Origin: Spirochaetia bacterium
GTDB taxonomy: Bacteria; Spirochaetota; Spirochaetia; DSM-2461
Length of the DNA: 64,000 bases
Direction of reading: 5' to 3'
NCBI GenBank assembly: GCA_963668315.1
Contig: OY764216.1
Location: 3,264,001 to 3,328,000, forward strand
Of the stretch, positions 40,935 through 51,088 are shown piece by piece (positions within the stretch are counted from its first letter, which is position 1; each line of letters opens with the position of its first letter). Position numbers and translations under genes: made by a program. The notes under the pieces are model-generated. The model worked only from the letters and a program-made list of their open reading frames with translations. It made no database searches and was not told where the DNA came from.

Positions 40935-41746
40935 TGGCAACATTAGAAGAAGCATTAGCTACAGTAGACAATAAAGAATATAGACATATCATTCCTGTTT
41001 CTGGAGGAAAAGATTCTGCAGCGTTAGCCATCTATATGAAACAGAAATATCCCCAGATAAATGCAGAGTATGTTTTTACTGACACAGATTGTGAACTCCC
41101 CGAGACTTATGAATATCTAGAGCGATTACAGGGGTTACTAGGAAAAGAAATACATAGAACCAATGCTCTTGATACATTAAATATAGATAGAAAACCAGGG
41201 CGCAAGGCTTTTGAGATTTATCTGAATGAACTCTATGGTGGATACCTTCCTAGTCCAAGATCTCGTTGGTGTACGGGAGTTCTAAAGATTAAACCTTTTG
41301 AACAGTGGGTAGGGAATACCACAGCTTTTAGTTATATCGGTATACGAGGTGATGAAGACAGAGAAGGTTACGTTCCCAAAAAGCCACCGAAACTTTCAGA
41401 GAAAGCCAATATTATTCCTGTTTACCCCTTTAAAGAAGATGGTATCACGCTGAGTGATGTTAAGGAGATCTTGGAAGAAGCGGGAATTGGATTACCGAAG
41501 TATTACGATTGGAGAAGTCGTTCCGGTTGTTATTTTTGCTTTTATCAGCAAATAGGGGAGTGGCAGGGGTTAAAAGAAAATCATCCTGATCTGTTTGAGA
41601 AAGCAAAATCTTTTGAAAAAACACGTGGTGATAAAAAATTTACTTGGGTAGAAGGACGATCTCTGGTCGAATTAGAAAAAATGAAGGAGCGTTTCGCTGT
41701 AGCCGATATGGATGAGACTGAAGGCTGCGCGATTTGCCATTTGTAA
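40934..41746 (+). CDS. sspD: PAPS-reductase-family protein (SspD-like)
   Basis: PP-loop SGGKDS, RWCT, RSRSGCYFCFYQ, C-terminal CAICHL. Confidence 0.88.
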   Translation: MATLEEALATVDNKEYRHIIPVSGGKDSAALAIYMKQKYPQINAEYVFTDTDCELPETYEYLERLQGLLGKEIHRTNALDTLNIDRKPGRKAFEIYLNELYGGYLPSPRSRWCTGVLKIKPFEQWVGNTTAFSYIGIRGDEDREGYVPKKPPKLSEKANIIPVYPFKEDGITLSDVKEILEEAGIGLPKYYDWRSRSGCYFCFYQQIGEWQGLKENHPDLFEKAKSFEKTRGDKKFTWVEGRSLVELEKMKERFAVADMDETEGCAICHL

Positions 41747-41958
41747 AATTATTAACGAAACGAACTATATAGAATTAGGATGATTATTAGCATGTCTCTC
41801 CAATTGTGATTCCTGGTGATCTGGCAATATAAAAGTTCCCGATTTGTTAATAAACAAGTCATATAAATGCTAAAATATGATTTATTCAAGTCGATATGTA
41901 AAATATTATTTTATCTATTATTATAAATATTTTTCATAATAGAAATGGAGTTAGTTAA

Positions 41959-43496
41959 ATGAGTCAGCCATTTAAGCATAGTGCGGATAGTCTGCTTAGT
42001 TTTTTTTCACAACCTGGTCGCGGCTTCTACGTCCCTTATTATCAAAGAAATTATTCCTGGGATGAGGATAATGCAAGTAAACTTATATCAGACATTATTG
42101 GAGGGGTTAAGAGAGCTCTGAATAAACCCAACAATAGTATTTTTCTTGGTACAGTTATTCTGCATGATGAAAACAATGTGGAGGTGGGAGTGCATACTGA
42201 CACACCTAATCTCTTAACAAAAGTTTCGAATGTTGTTGATGGTCAACAACGGATTTCCTCTTTAGGAATGCTCGCTTGTACTCTTAGTTATATAATTCAG
42301 GATACGGTTCAAGAATTGAATCAATATATATCTTCTGCATCAGAAATTGCTACTTTAGTGCAGGAACTTCAAAATCAAAAGCTAGATCTGTTTGATTTTT
42401 TCTGTGTCGAGATAAAAAAAGGTGGAGCTCAACCAAATCTCAAACCACTAATTATCAGAGCTGGTGATGTGACATCAAATCCTGTATCTGATCAATGGAC
42501 ATTAGCAGGTAGTGGGAATCATTTTTATCGATCAAATACAGCTAGCTTTTTTTCTGAATTTATCAGTGGGAATCCTTTTCTTAGTATAAATAAAGATTCT
42601 AGAGTTGAGTGCGTAGTAAATACTTATATTGATCAAATTAAAAACGAACTTGGATCGGTTGATTCGGTTTTCGCTCGAAGTTTATTAAGTGCTAATAGTA
42701 CTCAAGGTGGGAGTCTCAATAACTTTATGGATTATCCGCCTAATCTTAGTAATATAAATAATCTGCCAAATAATGAGCAAAAAGTATTTTACAGTGGAAT
42801 GATGCTTCTAGCTATTTGTCATTTCTTAAAAAGTGCTTGTCATTTTGTAGTTATTGAATGTCAGGATGAGGGTATAGCATTTGATATGTTTCAATCTTTA
42901 AATGCAACAGGAACCCCTTTGACCGCATTTGAAGTATTCAGGCCAGTTATAGTAAAGAAATATGGAACAGGTTATGCTAGTACTATCAAGGACGAAGTTG
43001 ATCGAATAGAGAGCGTATTTGAAAAAGAAAGTACAGCTAGTGGTAAAGAGGAATTAACTGATAAAGTGATTGCTTCAGCCGCTCTTGCATATGATGGTTC
43101 AATCATAAGTAATAGATTCAGCGAAGAACGTGATTGGCTTATTGATACATTTCAGCCGCTAAGTGGGCAAAATGCTAAAGATTTTGTATGTTGTATTGCT
43201 AGTCAAGCTGAATATCGAGATAATATTATTCGTCCCAGAAAATCCCCAAAAAACTCTCAAAACATCAAACTTGTTAATCACTTGTTAAGTCTCGGTTTGA
43301 ATCCTCAGCAGGCTGATATGTCTGCATTCTGTATTTTTTATCTTCGAGATGCTGGACATAAATTTGCTCATAGCGTTATCAGTGTTTTTTATGCTAAACT
43401 TCTTTCATCTCAAGGGAACACTACTAAGGTAGCCTCTGCAGCTAATGAGTTTTTATCGATCTGTAAAGCAACAGCAGCCTTTTTTACCCTTTGGAT
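41959..43496 (+). pseudogene. sspE: SspE-like effector, 5' part (DUF262/ParB-like NTPase domain), interrupted by insertion
   Basis: VPYYQRNYSW, VVDGQQR, FQSLNATGTPL; frame runs into an IS end at 43497. Confidence 0.85.
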
Positions 43497-43943
43497 TATG
43501 CTGAGCCCACAGGGTAAACCAGTACTTTAAATATTTAAGTTGGAATTCCCGATTCATGATAATATGAAAAGGGAGAAAATCAATGAAGAGAAAATTCGAT
43601 GAAGAGTTCAAAGCGAAAGTAGCACTGGAAGCGTTAAAGGAAGAAAAAACTCTTCAGGAACTGGCTGAGGAATATGAAGTACATCCGAACCAGATCAGTA
43701 TGTGGAAAAAACAGCTTATGGAAAATGCCAGTTCCCTCTTTGTCCGAAAGAATAAAAAAGACAAAGAACTGGAAGAAATGAAGAAAAAAGAGCAGGAACT
43801 TTTCAAGCAGCTGGGTGAAGCTAATTATGTGAACGAATTTCTAAAAAAAAAGTACAAACAACTATACGGGAAGGATTACAAATGATAGAGCCGGATCATA
43901 GGAAATTGTCTGTCCGGAAGCAATGTAAAATTCTCAATGTCAG
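43497..43943 (+). mobile_element. IS3-family element, truncated left copy (IRL + orfA 43583..43885 + start of orfB)
   Basis: Matches 51241..51687 (identical orfA translation); ends abruptly at the IS256 terminus. Confidence 0.9.
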
Positions 43944-45291
43944 GATAGTGTCCAGCCATGTTCGCAACTTTCCTTTCAAGAAGCCATCAAAATTCCCCAT
44001 TAGGCAGCCTGACCTAATTTAATTCTTTGTTCATCAATCGATTTCTCACTGATATACCGTTTTCCCGAAGCCCAGTCTTCTGAGTATTCAATCAGGTAAC
44101 AACAGACTAGTCTAAGGTAGGAGTCAATACTGGGAAAGATTCCCACAACACGAGATCGTCTACGGATTTCCCGATTCAATCGTTCCAGTTGATTGGTAGA
44201 AGCAGTTTTCCGGCTGTCTATTTCTGAGAATTCATAATACTGAAGAGAGTCTTCTAATCCGTCTTCAAGACAAGTCATGGACTTCGGAAATTGTTCTTCA
44301 AATTCCTCTATAATTCGGTATGCATATTCACGGGCCGATTGGGAGTTCGGTTGATTCCAAATCTGCTTAATTCTGCCGGCAACAGCTTCTTTATCCCTGG
44401 CAGGAAGATGGGACAGGATGTTCCTCATAAAATGGATTTTACAGCGTTGCCAGGAGCAACCGATGAGTTCCTTTCTTATGGCGGCTTGAAGTCCCAGATG
44501 GGCATCAGAGACACAGAGCCAGGCATTTTTAAATCCTCTTGCTTTAAGAGACCTGAACAGTTCGGTATAAGTGCTTTCTGATTCTTCCTGCATTGGTTCA
44601 ACAGCAAGGATTTCTTTGAATCCTTGTGAATTAACACCAGATACAACCATCACAGCCATATTTCTCACTCTTCCGTTATACCGGATCTTTTCATAGAGGG
44701 CATCAACCCAGATGACAGGATATTCTGAATCAAGAGATCGATAGCGGAATTCATCTACCTGTTCATCAAGTCCCTTATTGATTTCAGAGACCTGGCTGGC
44801 TGAAATATTTTCAATGCCCAGACTCATAGCCAATTTCTCAATCTTTCTGGTTGAAACACCGTTGATAAATGCTTCCTGGACAACCTGAATCAGAGCTTGC
44901 TCGGATCTCTTCTTTTCTGTTACAAAGAAGGGAATATATCCGCCTTTTCTGAGCTTGGGGACAAGGAGATACAGTGTTCCAAGACGAGTATCAAATCGGC
45001 GTGGTCGATATCCAGAAAAATGGGTGGATCTTCCCGTAGAATGAGACCCCTTTTGAGCTCCTACTTTATTCGCCGCTTCTATTTCCATAAGCTTTTCCAG
45101 TAGCCATTTCAATAAGCTGAAAATGGGATCCGGTTCCGAAATGAATTGGAGTAGCATTTTTTCCAGATTACCATTATCATTTTCCTTAGCCATCGTTTTC
45201 TTCCTCCATGGTTTTAGTTGTGCATTACCATTCTGGAGAATTCGATGGCTTCTTTCAATAATTAAAATTGCGAACTTGATTGTACGCTATC
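43944..45291 (-). mobile_element. IS256-family element
   Basis: Imperfect 24-bp IRs GATAGTGTCCAGCCATGTTCGCAA / TTGCGAACTTGATTGTACGCTATC; flanks not duplicated. Confidence 0.88.
44000..45193 (-). CDS. IS256 (Mutator-type) transposase
   Basis: VPKLR, GVSTRK, WVDALYEK, VSDAHLGL, WQRCKIHF, TNQLERLNREIRRR. Confidence 0.92.
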   Translation of the reverse strand: MAKENDNGNLEKMLLQFISEPDPIFSLLKWLLEKLMEIEAANKVGAQKGSHSTGRSTHFSGYRPRRFDTRLGTLYLLVPKLRKGGYIPFFVTEKKRSEQALIQVVQEAFINGVSTRKIEKLAMSLGIENISASQVSEINKGLDEQVDEFRYRSLDSEYPVIWVDALYEKIRYNGRVRNMAVMVVSGVNSQGFKEILAVEPMQEESESTYTELFRSLKARGFKNAWLCVSDAHLGLQAAIRKELIGCSWQRCKIHFMRNILSHLPARDKEAVAGRIKQIWNQPNSQSAREYAYRIIEEFEEQFPKSMTCLEDGLEDSLQYYEFSEIDSRKTASTNQLERLNREIRRRSRVVGIFPSIDSYLRLVCCYLIEYSEDWASGKRYISEKSIDEQRIKLGQAA

Positions 45292-46056
45292 ACTCCAGAT
45301 CAAATAGTTCAGTTATATAATGATGATAAAGATCATTTCTTACATATTTTAGATAACTTATTTGTCCCTATTTTAGAAGAACTTGAGTATGAAGTCATAA
45401 AACCAATCGCCGAAGGTTCAGAAATAATTCATACTAGAATTATCAATAATTTGATTGAATCAGATTTAGTTTTTTGTGATATGTCTATTTTAAACCCTAA
45501 TGTTTTTTATGAATTAGGGATAAGAACGGCAATTAATAAAAAGGTATGCATTGTAAAGGATGATAAAACCATCAAAATCCCATTTGATACAAGTTTGATA
45601 AATATTTTTACCTATGATTCAATGTTGTCCCACTGGAAAATGGACGAAATCAAGAAGACTTTAAAAGATCATATAATTGCAACAGAAAAGCATACATCAA
45701 ATGCGTTATGGGATATTTTTGGTTCAAAGACACAGAAATTATTAAATTCTGCAGTAGATAATATAAAAAATAAGAATGAAACAGATCCGAATGATCAAAT
45801 AGATCAAGTTAGAGATGGAAAAGAAAATATAGAAGTTGAAATTAAGAAAGAAAAAACAGAAAAAAGAGCTACAGTTTTCCGGGCAAAAGCTCATAAATGT
45901 ACGAGCTGTGGATATAGCTTCTTACTTGATGATAATGACTTTATAATGGCCTCAGCACTTCGAGTTTCAATTTCTGGATTATATAGTCCTATGACTGATA
46001 TTCCTGAATCCAATGTTGTTCGTTGTCCTAAATGTGACAATATTGATGTACTATAA
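45292..46056 (+). pseudogene. Cassette 1: 5'-truncated TIR/nucleoside-deoxyribosyltransferase-like protein with C-terminal Zn ribbon
   Basis: SDLVFCDMSILNPNVFYELGIR and IPFD motifs; CTSC/CPKC; the listed start codon lies inside the IS256 IR. Confidence 0.6.
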
Positions 46057-46058
46057 CC

Positions 46059-46156
46059 GTATAACAATCGCTTGAAGCAGTCAGCCCTATCGTCATGCTT
46101 TTTGCGAGGCAAAAATCACGCCGATGTACGGTCTGCAGCTTAAGCGGGCGTTATGT
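46059..46156 (+). other. attC site 1
   Basis: R'' GTATAAC just after the stop, inner arms CGCTTGAAGCAG / CTGCAGCTTAAGCG, R' GTTATGT. Confidence 0.8.
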
Positions 46157-46215
46157 TTACAAGAGAAAAATTTAAGAATATAATATCGGATAGGATGAAA
46201 TAAGGAGTATCCGAT

Positions 46216-47160
46216 ATGAATGAAAAAATACTAAAGAGCATCATCGGAAAGAAAAAAGAACTCGATAAATATCGTCCCTTAAGTCCATCAATCTCAAGAA
46301 AATTAAAAGAAGAACTAGAACTTGAATGGACATATAATTCCAATGCAATAGAAGGAAATACTTTAACTCTCCAGGAAACACAAATTGTACTGAATTACGG
46401 AATGACAATAGGTGGAAAATCCGTAAATGAGCATCTCGAAGCTATTAATCATAAAAAAGGAATAGAATTAATAGAAGAGATAATACAAAAGAAAAAAGAT
46501 CTAGATGAATCATTAATCAAAGAACTACATTATTTAATATTAAAAGGAATTGATGATAGAGAAGCAGGACATTATCGAACGCAAAATGTAAGGATTATGG
46601 GAGCTTATTTATTTCCGCCTCAGGCCATAAAAGTCGAAAAGAAAATGGAAGAATTGATGTCCTGGTATTATGAAAATAAATTTAAGATGGAAATTCCAAT
46701 TTTAGCTGCCGAAATGCATTATCGATTTGTCTGTATTCATCCTTTTATTGATGGAAATGGAAGAGTTTCCCGATTAATCATGAATATGATATTAATGTCA
46801 AACGGATTTCCGCCTGCCATAATATTAAAAGTGGATAGAAGAAAATATTATCGAGTATTGAATGATGCTAATCAAGGAAAAGAAGATTCATTCATTAATT
46901 TCATAGGAAAATCTATAGAAAGAAGTCTTATCATATATTTGAATAGTGTAAAAGAAAATAAATCAGAAAGAGAAGGATTTATCAATTTACGAGAAGCAGC
47001 CAAATATTGTGATTACTCCCAGGAATATTTATCTCTATTAGCAAGAAAAGGAAGAATCTCGGCCATAAAACTTAATAAAGAATGGGTAACAACTCGAGAA
47101 GCCATTGAAGAATATCAAGAGCAGATGAATAAGAAAAACAATAAGAAAATCCAAAAATAA
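46216..47160 (+). CDS. Cassette 2a: Fic-domain protein with C-terminal HTH
   Basis: SNAIEGN autoinhibitory motif, HPFIDGNGRVSR, C-terminal LREAAKYCDYSQEYLSLLARKG. Confidence 0.9.
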   Translation: MNEKILKSIIGKKKELDKYRPLSPSISRKLKEELELEWTYNSNAIEGNTLTLQETQIVLNYGMTIGGKSVNEHLEAINHKKGIELIEEIIQKKKDLDESLIKELHYLILKGIDDREAGHYRTQNVRIMGAYLFPPQAIKVEKKMEELMSWYYENKFKMEIPILAAEMHYRFVCIHPFIDGNGRVSRLIMNMILMSNGFPPAIILKVDRRKYYRVLNDANQGKEDSFINFIGKSIERSLIIYLNSVKENKSEREGFINLREAAKYCDYSQEYLSLLARKGRISAIKLNKEWVTTREAIEEYQEQMNKKNNKKIQK

Positions 47161-47362
47161 AGAAAAAGAGTAAGAATAGAATAACTTCCGAAATGTCCAT
47201 TGAATATACTATAATGAGCACAGAAATTAATGGAAAATACTTGTTGAAAATATATTAAATAATCTATAAATACTTGTTTGATAATAGTATATAATGTATT
47301 CTCTTGTAGATGTTTAATGAATATATATATCATATATAAGAAATATTTAGGATGTAAACTTA

Positions 47363-48148
47363 TTGAAAATTACTAGATATATAACATACTTTATTATATT
47401 TGTTGTTATAACGATTTGTTTTTACTTATATGACTATCATTATTATAATTCATTAGTACAAACACTGAGTAATCACGTGGAATTTTGGGGTGTAATTACA
47501 AACGTTAATAGTGAAGAATCAGATGGAAGGAACAATAAGGTATTAACAACTATATCTTATGAATATAATGGAAAAAATGATTACATCAGTTTTTCATTTA
47601 ATTCTTTTCTAAGTAGATATCATTTATTATATGTTCCTGATTATAAAACTGGTTATAAATTAGTCATATATGAAAATAATGAAATCAATTTTTCAATTCC
47701 AGAACCATTTATTAAGACAAAAAAAATTGAAATTTTACGGAATTATATTAGTATTGTTTTCTTTCTAATGATAATTTCAATGATCATCACAAGAAGGATA
47801 AACTTAGAAATTGATAAGAAAATTCTTGGAGATAGAATTGAGATATATTATCAAACAAAAGCATTTATAATTAAAAAAATAAAAACTATAGACTTAATTT
47901 ACCTTAAGAATGAATTGTATCAAATAGTTGATTTCTCAAAACTCGAATCAAATAATTTTCTCTGTTATGGAATAAGAAATCTTTCTTTGAAGGTTGAACT
48001 ATATAAAGAAAAAGAAAAATACTTGATTTCAAAATCAGATGCAGATGAAGTTATTCAAGAGTACATTATTATTGATTCAAAAGAAAAATACATTGAGATA
48101 TTAATTAATGTTTTTAAAGGGGACTATGTCTTTAATCGTAAAACATAA
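47363..48148 (+). CDS. Cassette 2b: hypothetical membrane protein (2 TM)
   Basis: Two hydrophobic segments; TTG start; stop codon lies in the attC2 R'' box. Confidence 0.6.
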   Translation: MKITRYITYFIIFVVITICFYLYDYHYYNSLVQTLSNHVEFWGVITNVNSEESDGRNNKVLTTISYEYNGKNDYISFSFNSFLSRYHLLYVPDYKTGYKLVIYENNEINFSIPEPFIKTKKIEILRNYISIVFFLMIISMIITRRINLEIDKKILGDRIEIYYQTKAFIIKKIKTIDLIYLKNELYQIVDFSKLESNNFLCYGIRNLSLKVELYKEKEKYLISKSDADEVIQEYIIIDSKEKYIEILINVFKGDYVFNRKT

Positions 48149-48244
48149 CAAACATTTGAACGTTGACAGCCCTACTGATCACGGTTTCTGCTTACGCACA
48201 AACCGCGCCAGCTTAACGGTCTGCAAGTTAAATGGGCTTTCTAA
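48143..48244 (+). other. attC site 2 (R' mutated to TTTCTAA)
   Basis: R'' ACATAAC, arms CATTTGAAC / GTTAAATG, shared CAGCCCTA...CGGTCTGCA core. Confidence 0.75.
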
Positions 48245-48280
48245 AGAATAAAGGTAAGAGTTAAAATAAAAGGGGGAAAT

Positions 48281-49969
48281 ATGAGTATAATTCATATAAA
48301 TCAAATAAAATCATATCTGGAAAATAATGTTTTTGATAAAATTGATATCACGGATTTAGGTGAAAATCTTTCCCCAGAAGATAAGAAAAAACAATTACTA
48401 ACAAGAAGTTTGTCAGCGTATTGTATACAGTGCCTTGTTGATGAACCAATTGAAAAAATAACAAAATATGTAATTGATGGTTCAATGGATAATGGGATTG
48501 ATTGTATTTTTTATAGTGATACATCAAATATACTATATATTTCTCAAGCCAAATGGCACGATAGTGGTAATAAGACAATAGATAAAGGCGAAATACAAAA
48601 ATTTATTAAAGGAATTAAAGATCTTCTTAATAGTCGGTACGATAAATTTAATGAGAAATTACAGTCTTTTAAGAAAACAATTGATGCGGCACTTCAACAT
48701 CCTAATACAAATATAAAGCTACTAATTTCATATTCTACTACAAATGATTTACCTGAAGAATTGCATGAGGATATTCAAGACTTTTTAATTGAAATGAATG
48801 ATACATCTGAAGTAATAAGCTATGAGGTTTTAAACCAATCTTTTCTACACCGTTCAATTGTTAGGGGAACAGATACATCTCCAATCAATGAAGAACTAAT
48901 ACTAGAAAATTGGGGATATATCTCAGAACCATATGAAGCTTATTATGGAATTATAAATGCTTCTATTCTATCTCGGATATATGAAAAATATGAAAGAAAA
49001 TTATTTGTACCAAATATTAGATCGTTCCTAACTGATAGCGAAATTAATACAAGTATTGAAGAGACTATAAATTCAAATCCAGAATCATTCTTCTATTTTA
49101 ATAATGGCATCACTTTCACGACTGAAAGTATTACAAAGAAATTAACAAGTGGGACAAATCGAAATACAGGTATTTTTGATTGTATAAATCTTTCAATAAT
49201 TAATGGTGCACAAACTGTTGGTTCAATTGCTAGAGCAGGTAAAAAAGATCCTAGAAATCTTGATAATACAAATGTTTTAGTTAAAATCATATCACTAAAG
49301 GATGCTAAGGATGATTTTCAGTCTAAAGTTACAAAAGCTGCAAATACTCAAAATACAGTAGGAAGTAGAGATTTTATTACTCAAGATCCAGAGCAAGAGA
49401 GATTAAAATTAGAATTACAGATTGAAGGAATTTATTATTCATATAAGAGAGGGGACCTTTTTTCAAGCGAAAGCATTGGGTTTGATTTTGAAGAAGCAAT
49501 TTCAACCCTTTCTAATTATAAAGGTGATATAAAATTAGTAACCCAGGCAAAACGAGAATTAGGAGTTCTGTGGAAAGATGTCACGAAGGCTCCTTATAAA
49601 ATTTTATTCAACCCAACGCTATCAAGTATTGAACTCTGGAATATTGTCCAGATACAAAGAAAGATTGATAAATTATTAGAAGAAAAAAGAAATGATGCTG
49701 TTGAAAAGAATGCTTTATTTCTCATCCATGGAAATAAATTTCTGAGTTTCTTAACTATTGAAAATATAATTTCTGAGAATAATATTAAAAAGGAATTTAT
49801 AGATATTGAAACATTAAATGAAAAAATAATGATAAGTCTTGATGATTCGATTTCCCGATTATATATTTCCGTGGAAAAGATTTATCCAGATGATTATTTA
49901 GGAAATTTATTCAAAACAGTTTCAAAGTGTCAAACTTTATATGAAGATATAAATGAGAAAAATCTTTAG
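48281..49969 (+). CDS. Cassette 3: AIPR family protein
   Basis: DGSMDNGID, NIRSFL, FFYFNNGIT, IINGAQT, NTQN. Confidence 0.85.
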   Translation: MSIIHINQIKSYLENNVFDKIDITDLGENLSPEDKKKQLLTRSLSAYCIQCLVDEPIEKITKYVIDGSMDNGIDCIFYSDTSNILYISQAKWHDSGNKTIDKGEIQKFIKGIKDLLNSRYDKFNEKLQSFKKTIDAALQHPNTNIKLLISYSTTNDLPEELHEDIQDFLIEMNDTSEVISYEVLNQSFLHRSIVRGTDTSPINEELILENWGYISEPYEAYYGIINASILSRIYEKYERKLFVPNIRSFLTDSEINTSIEETINSNPESFFYFNNGITFTTESITKKLTSGTNRNTGIFDCINLSIINGAQTVGSIARAGKKDPRNLDNTNVLVKIISLKDAKDDFQSKVTKAANTQNTVGSRDFITQDPEQERLKLELQIEGIYYSYKRGDLFSSESIGFDFEEAISTLSNYKGDIKLVTQAKRELGVLWKDVTKAPYKILFNPTLSSIELWNIVQIQRKIDKLLEEKRNDAVEKNALFLIHGNKFLSFLTIENIISENNIKKEFIDIETLNEKIMISLDDSISRLYISVEKIYPDDYLGNLFKTVSKCQTLYEDINEKNL

Positions 49970-50074
49970 AACAATAAAATGCACCTGACAGCCCTACTGT
50001 CACAAATACTGCTTAACGCTTCGCGGCAGTATTTGCGCCAGCTTCACGGTCTGCAGGTGATTTTGGCGTTAGCC
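49966..50074 (+). other. attC site 3
   Basis: R'' TTAGAAC, arms AAAATGCACCTG / CAGGTGATTTT, inner hairpin CAAATACTGC...GCAGTATTTG, R' GTTAGCC. Confidence 0.82.
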
Positions 50075-50090
50075 ATATTCAAGAAAAGGG

Positions 50091-50119
50091 TTGATGATAC
50101 TATCAAATGATACTATCAT
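50091..50119 (+). promoter_or_regulatory. sigma-70-like promoter overlapped by two TGATA-C-TATCA palindromes
   Basis: TTGATG-N17-TATCAT ending 6 bp before ATG 50126; palindromes at 50095-50105 and 50108-50118. Confidence 0.65.
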
Positions 50120-50125
50120 GATAAA

Positions 50126-51088
50126 ATGAAACCACCATATGATATTACCCCGACAATACTCGAACTCTATGGAAAAATAACTGAAGCATTAGGAATATGC
50201 CAAAGTTTGATGCTTGTAAAACCAGAAGCAAAATTAAGACGACAAAATAGAATCAAGACCATTCAATCATCCCTTTCCATCGAAGGAAATACTCTCAATA
50301 TAGAAAATGTAACGGCAATTTTAAATAATAAAAGAATAATTGGACCAGAAAAAGATATTCTTGAAGTACATAATGCGATTTCCGCCTATGAATTATTAAC
50401 CAATTTGAATAAAAATAAAGAGAATGATTTTTTAAAGGCTCATAAGTTATTGATGGATAAACTAGTAAAAAATCCAGGACAATATAGAAGAGTACAAGTT
50501 GGAATTATGAGAGGCGAAAATGTCACTCACGTCGCGCCTGGACCAGATATGGTTCCTAGTTTAATGAAAGATCTATTTCAATATTTAAAGAATGATAAGG
50601 ATCTTGAGATCATTAAAAGCTGTGTATTTCATTATGAAATGGAATTTATCCATCCATTTGAAGATGGTAACGGAAGAATGGGAAGATTTTGGCAAACAAG
50701 AATATTAATGAGTGTAAATCCAATCTTTGAATTTGTTCCGATTGAAGAATTAATAAAGAATAATCAAAAAGAATATTATGAAGCATTGTCGCAAAGCGAC
50801 AATACAGGAAAATCGACGATATTCATAGAATTTATGTTAAATGTCATAAATCAATCATTACGTGATACAATAAAAGAATCAAAACCACAAAATCCAAAAT
50901 TTAAAAAAAGATCAGCAATTGCTTTATCAAAATTAGATGATTGGTTTGATAGAAAAGAATATATGGAAATGTGTCATGGGATTTCCACGGCAACAGCAAG
51001 TAGAGATTTAAAACAATTATTAGAAGAAAAAAGAATTGAAGAAAGAGGGAAGGGGAGGATGACCCAGTACCGTAGAAGAAATGGCTAA
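50126..51088 (+). CDS. Cassette 4: Fic-domain protein with C-terminal winged HTH
   Basis: SLSIEGN, HPFEDGNGRMGR, GISTATASRDLKQL. Confidence 0.9.
   Translation: MKPPYDITPTILELYGKITEALGICQSLMLVKPEAKLRRQNRIKTIQSSLSIEGNTLNIENVTAILNNKRIIGPEKDILEVHNAISAYELLTNLNKNKENDFLKAHKLLMDKLVKNPGQYRRVQVGIMRGENVTHVAPGPDMVPSLMKDLFQYLKNDKDLEIIKSCVFHYEMEFIHPFEDGNGRMGRFWQTRILMSVNPIFEFVPIEELIKNNQKEYYEALSQSDNTGKSTIFIEFMLNVINQSLRDTIKESKPQNPKFKKRSAIALSKLDDWFDRKEYMEMCHGISTATASRDLKQLLEEKRIEERGKGRMTQYRRRNG

Noticed and set aside
36727..41746. BREX type 4 or DndBCDE assignment
   Set aside because: No PglZ, BrxL or DndB/D/E is visible; the order desulfurase, DUF4007, ATPase, PAPS reductase, DUF262/DUF1524 fits sspABCDE.
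47160..47363. A fifth attC between the Fic and membrane-protein genes (GAATAAC near 47180)
   Set aside because: No complementary arm or GTT R' box at a suitable distance, and none of the shared attC core.
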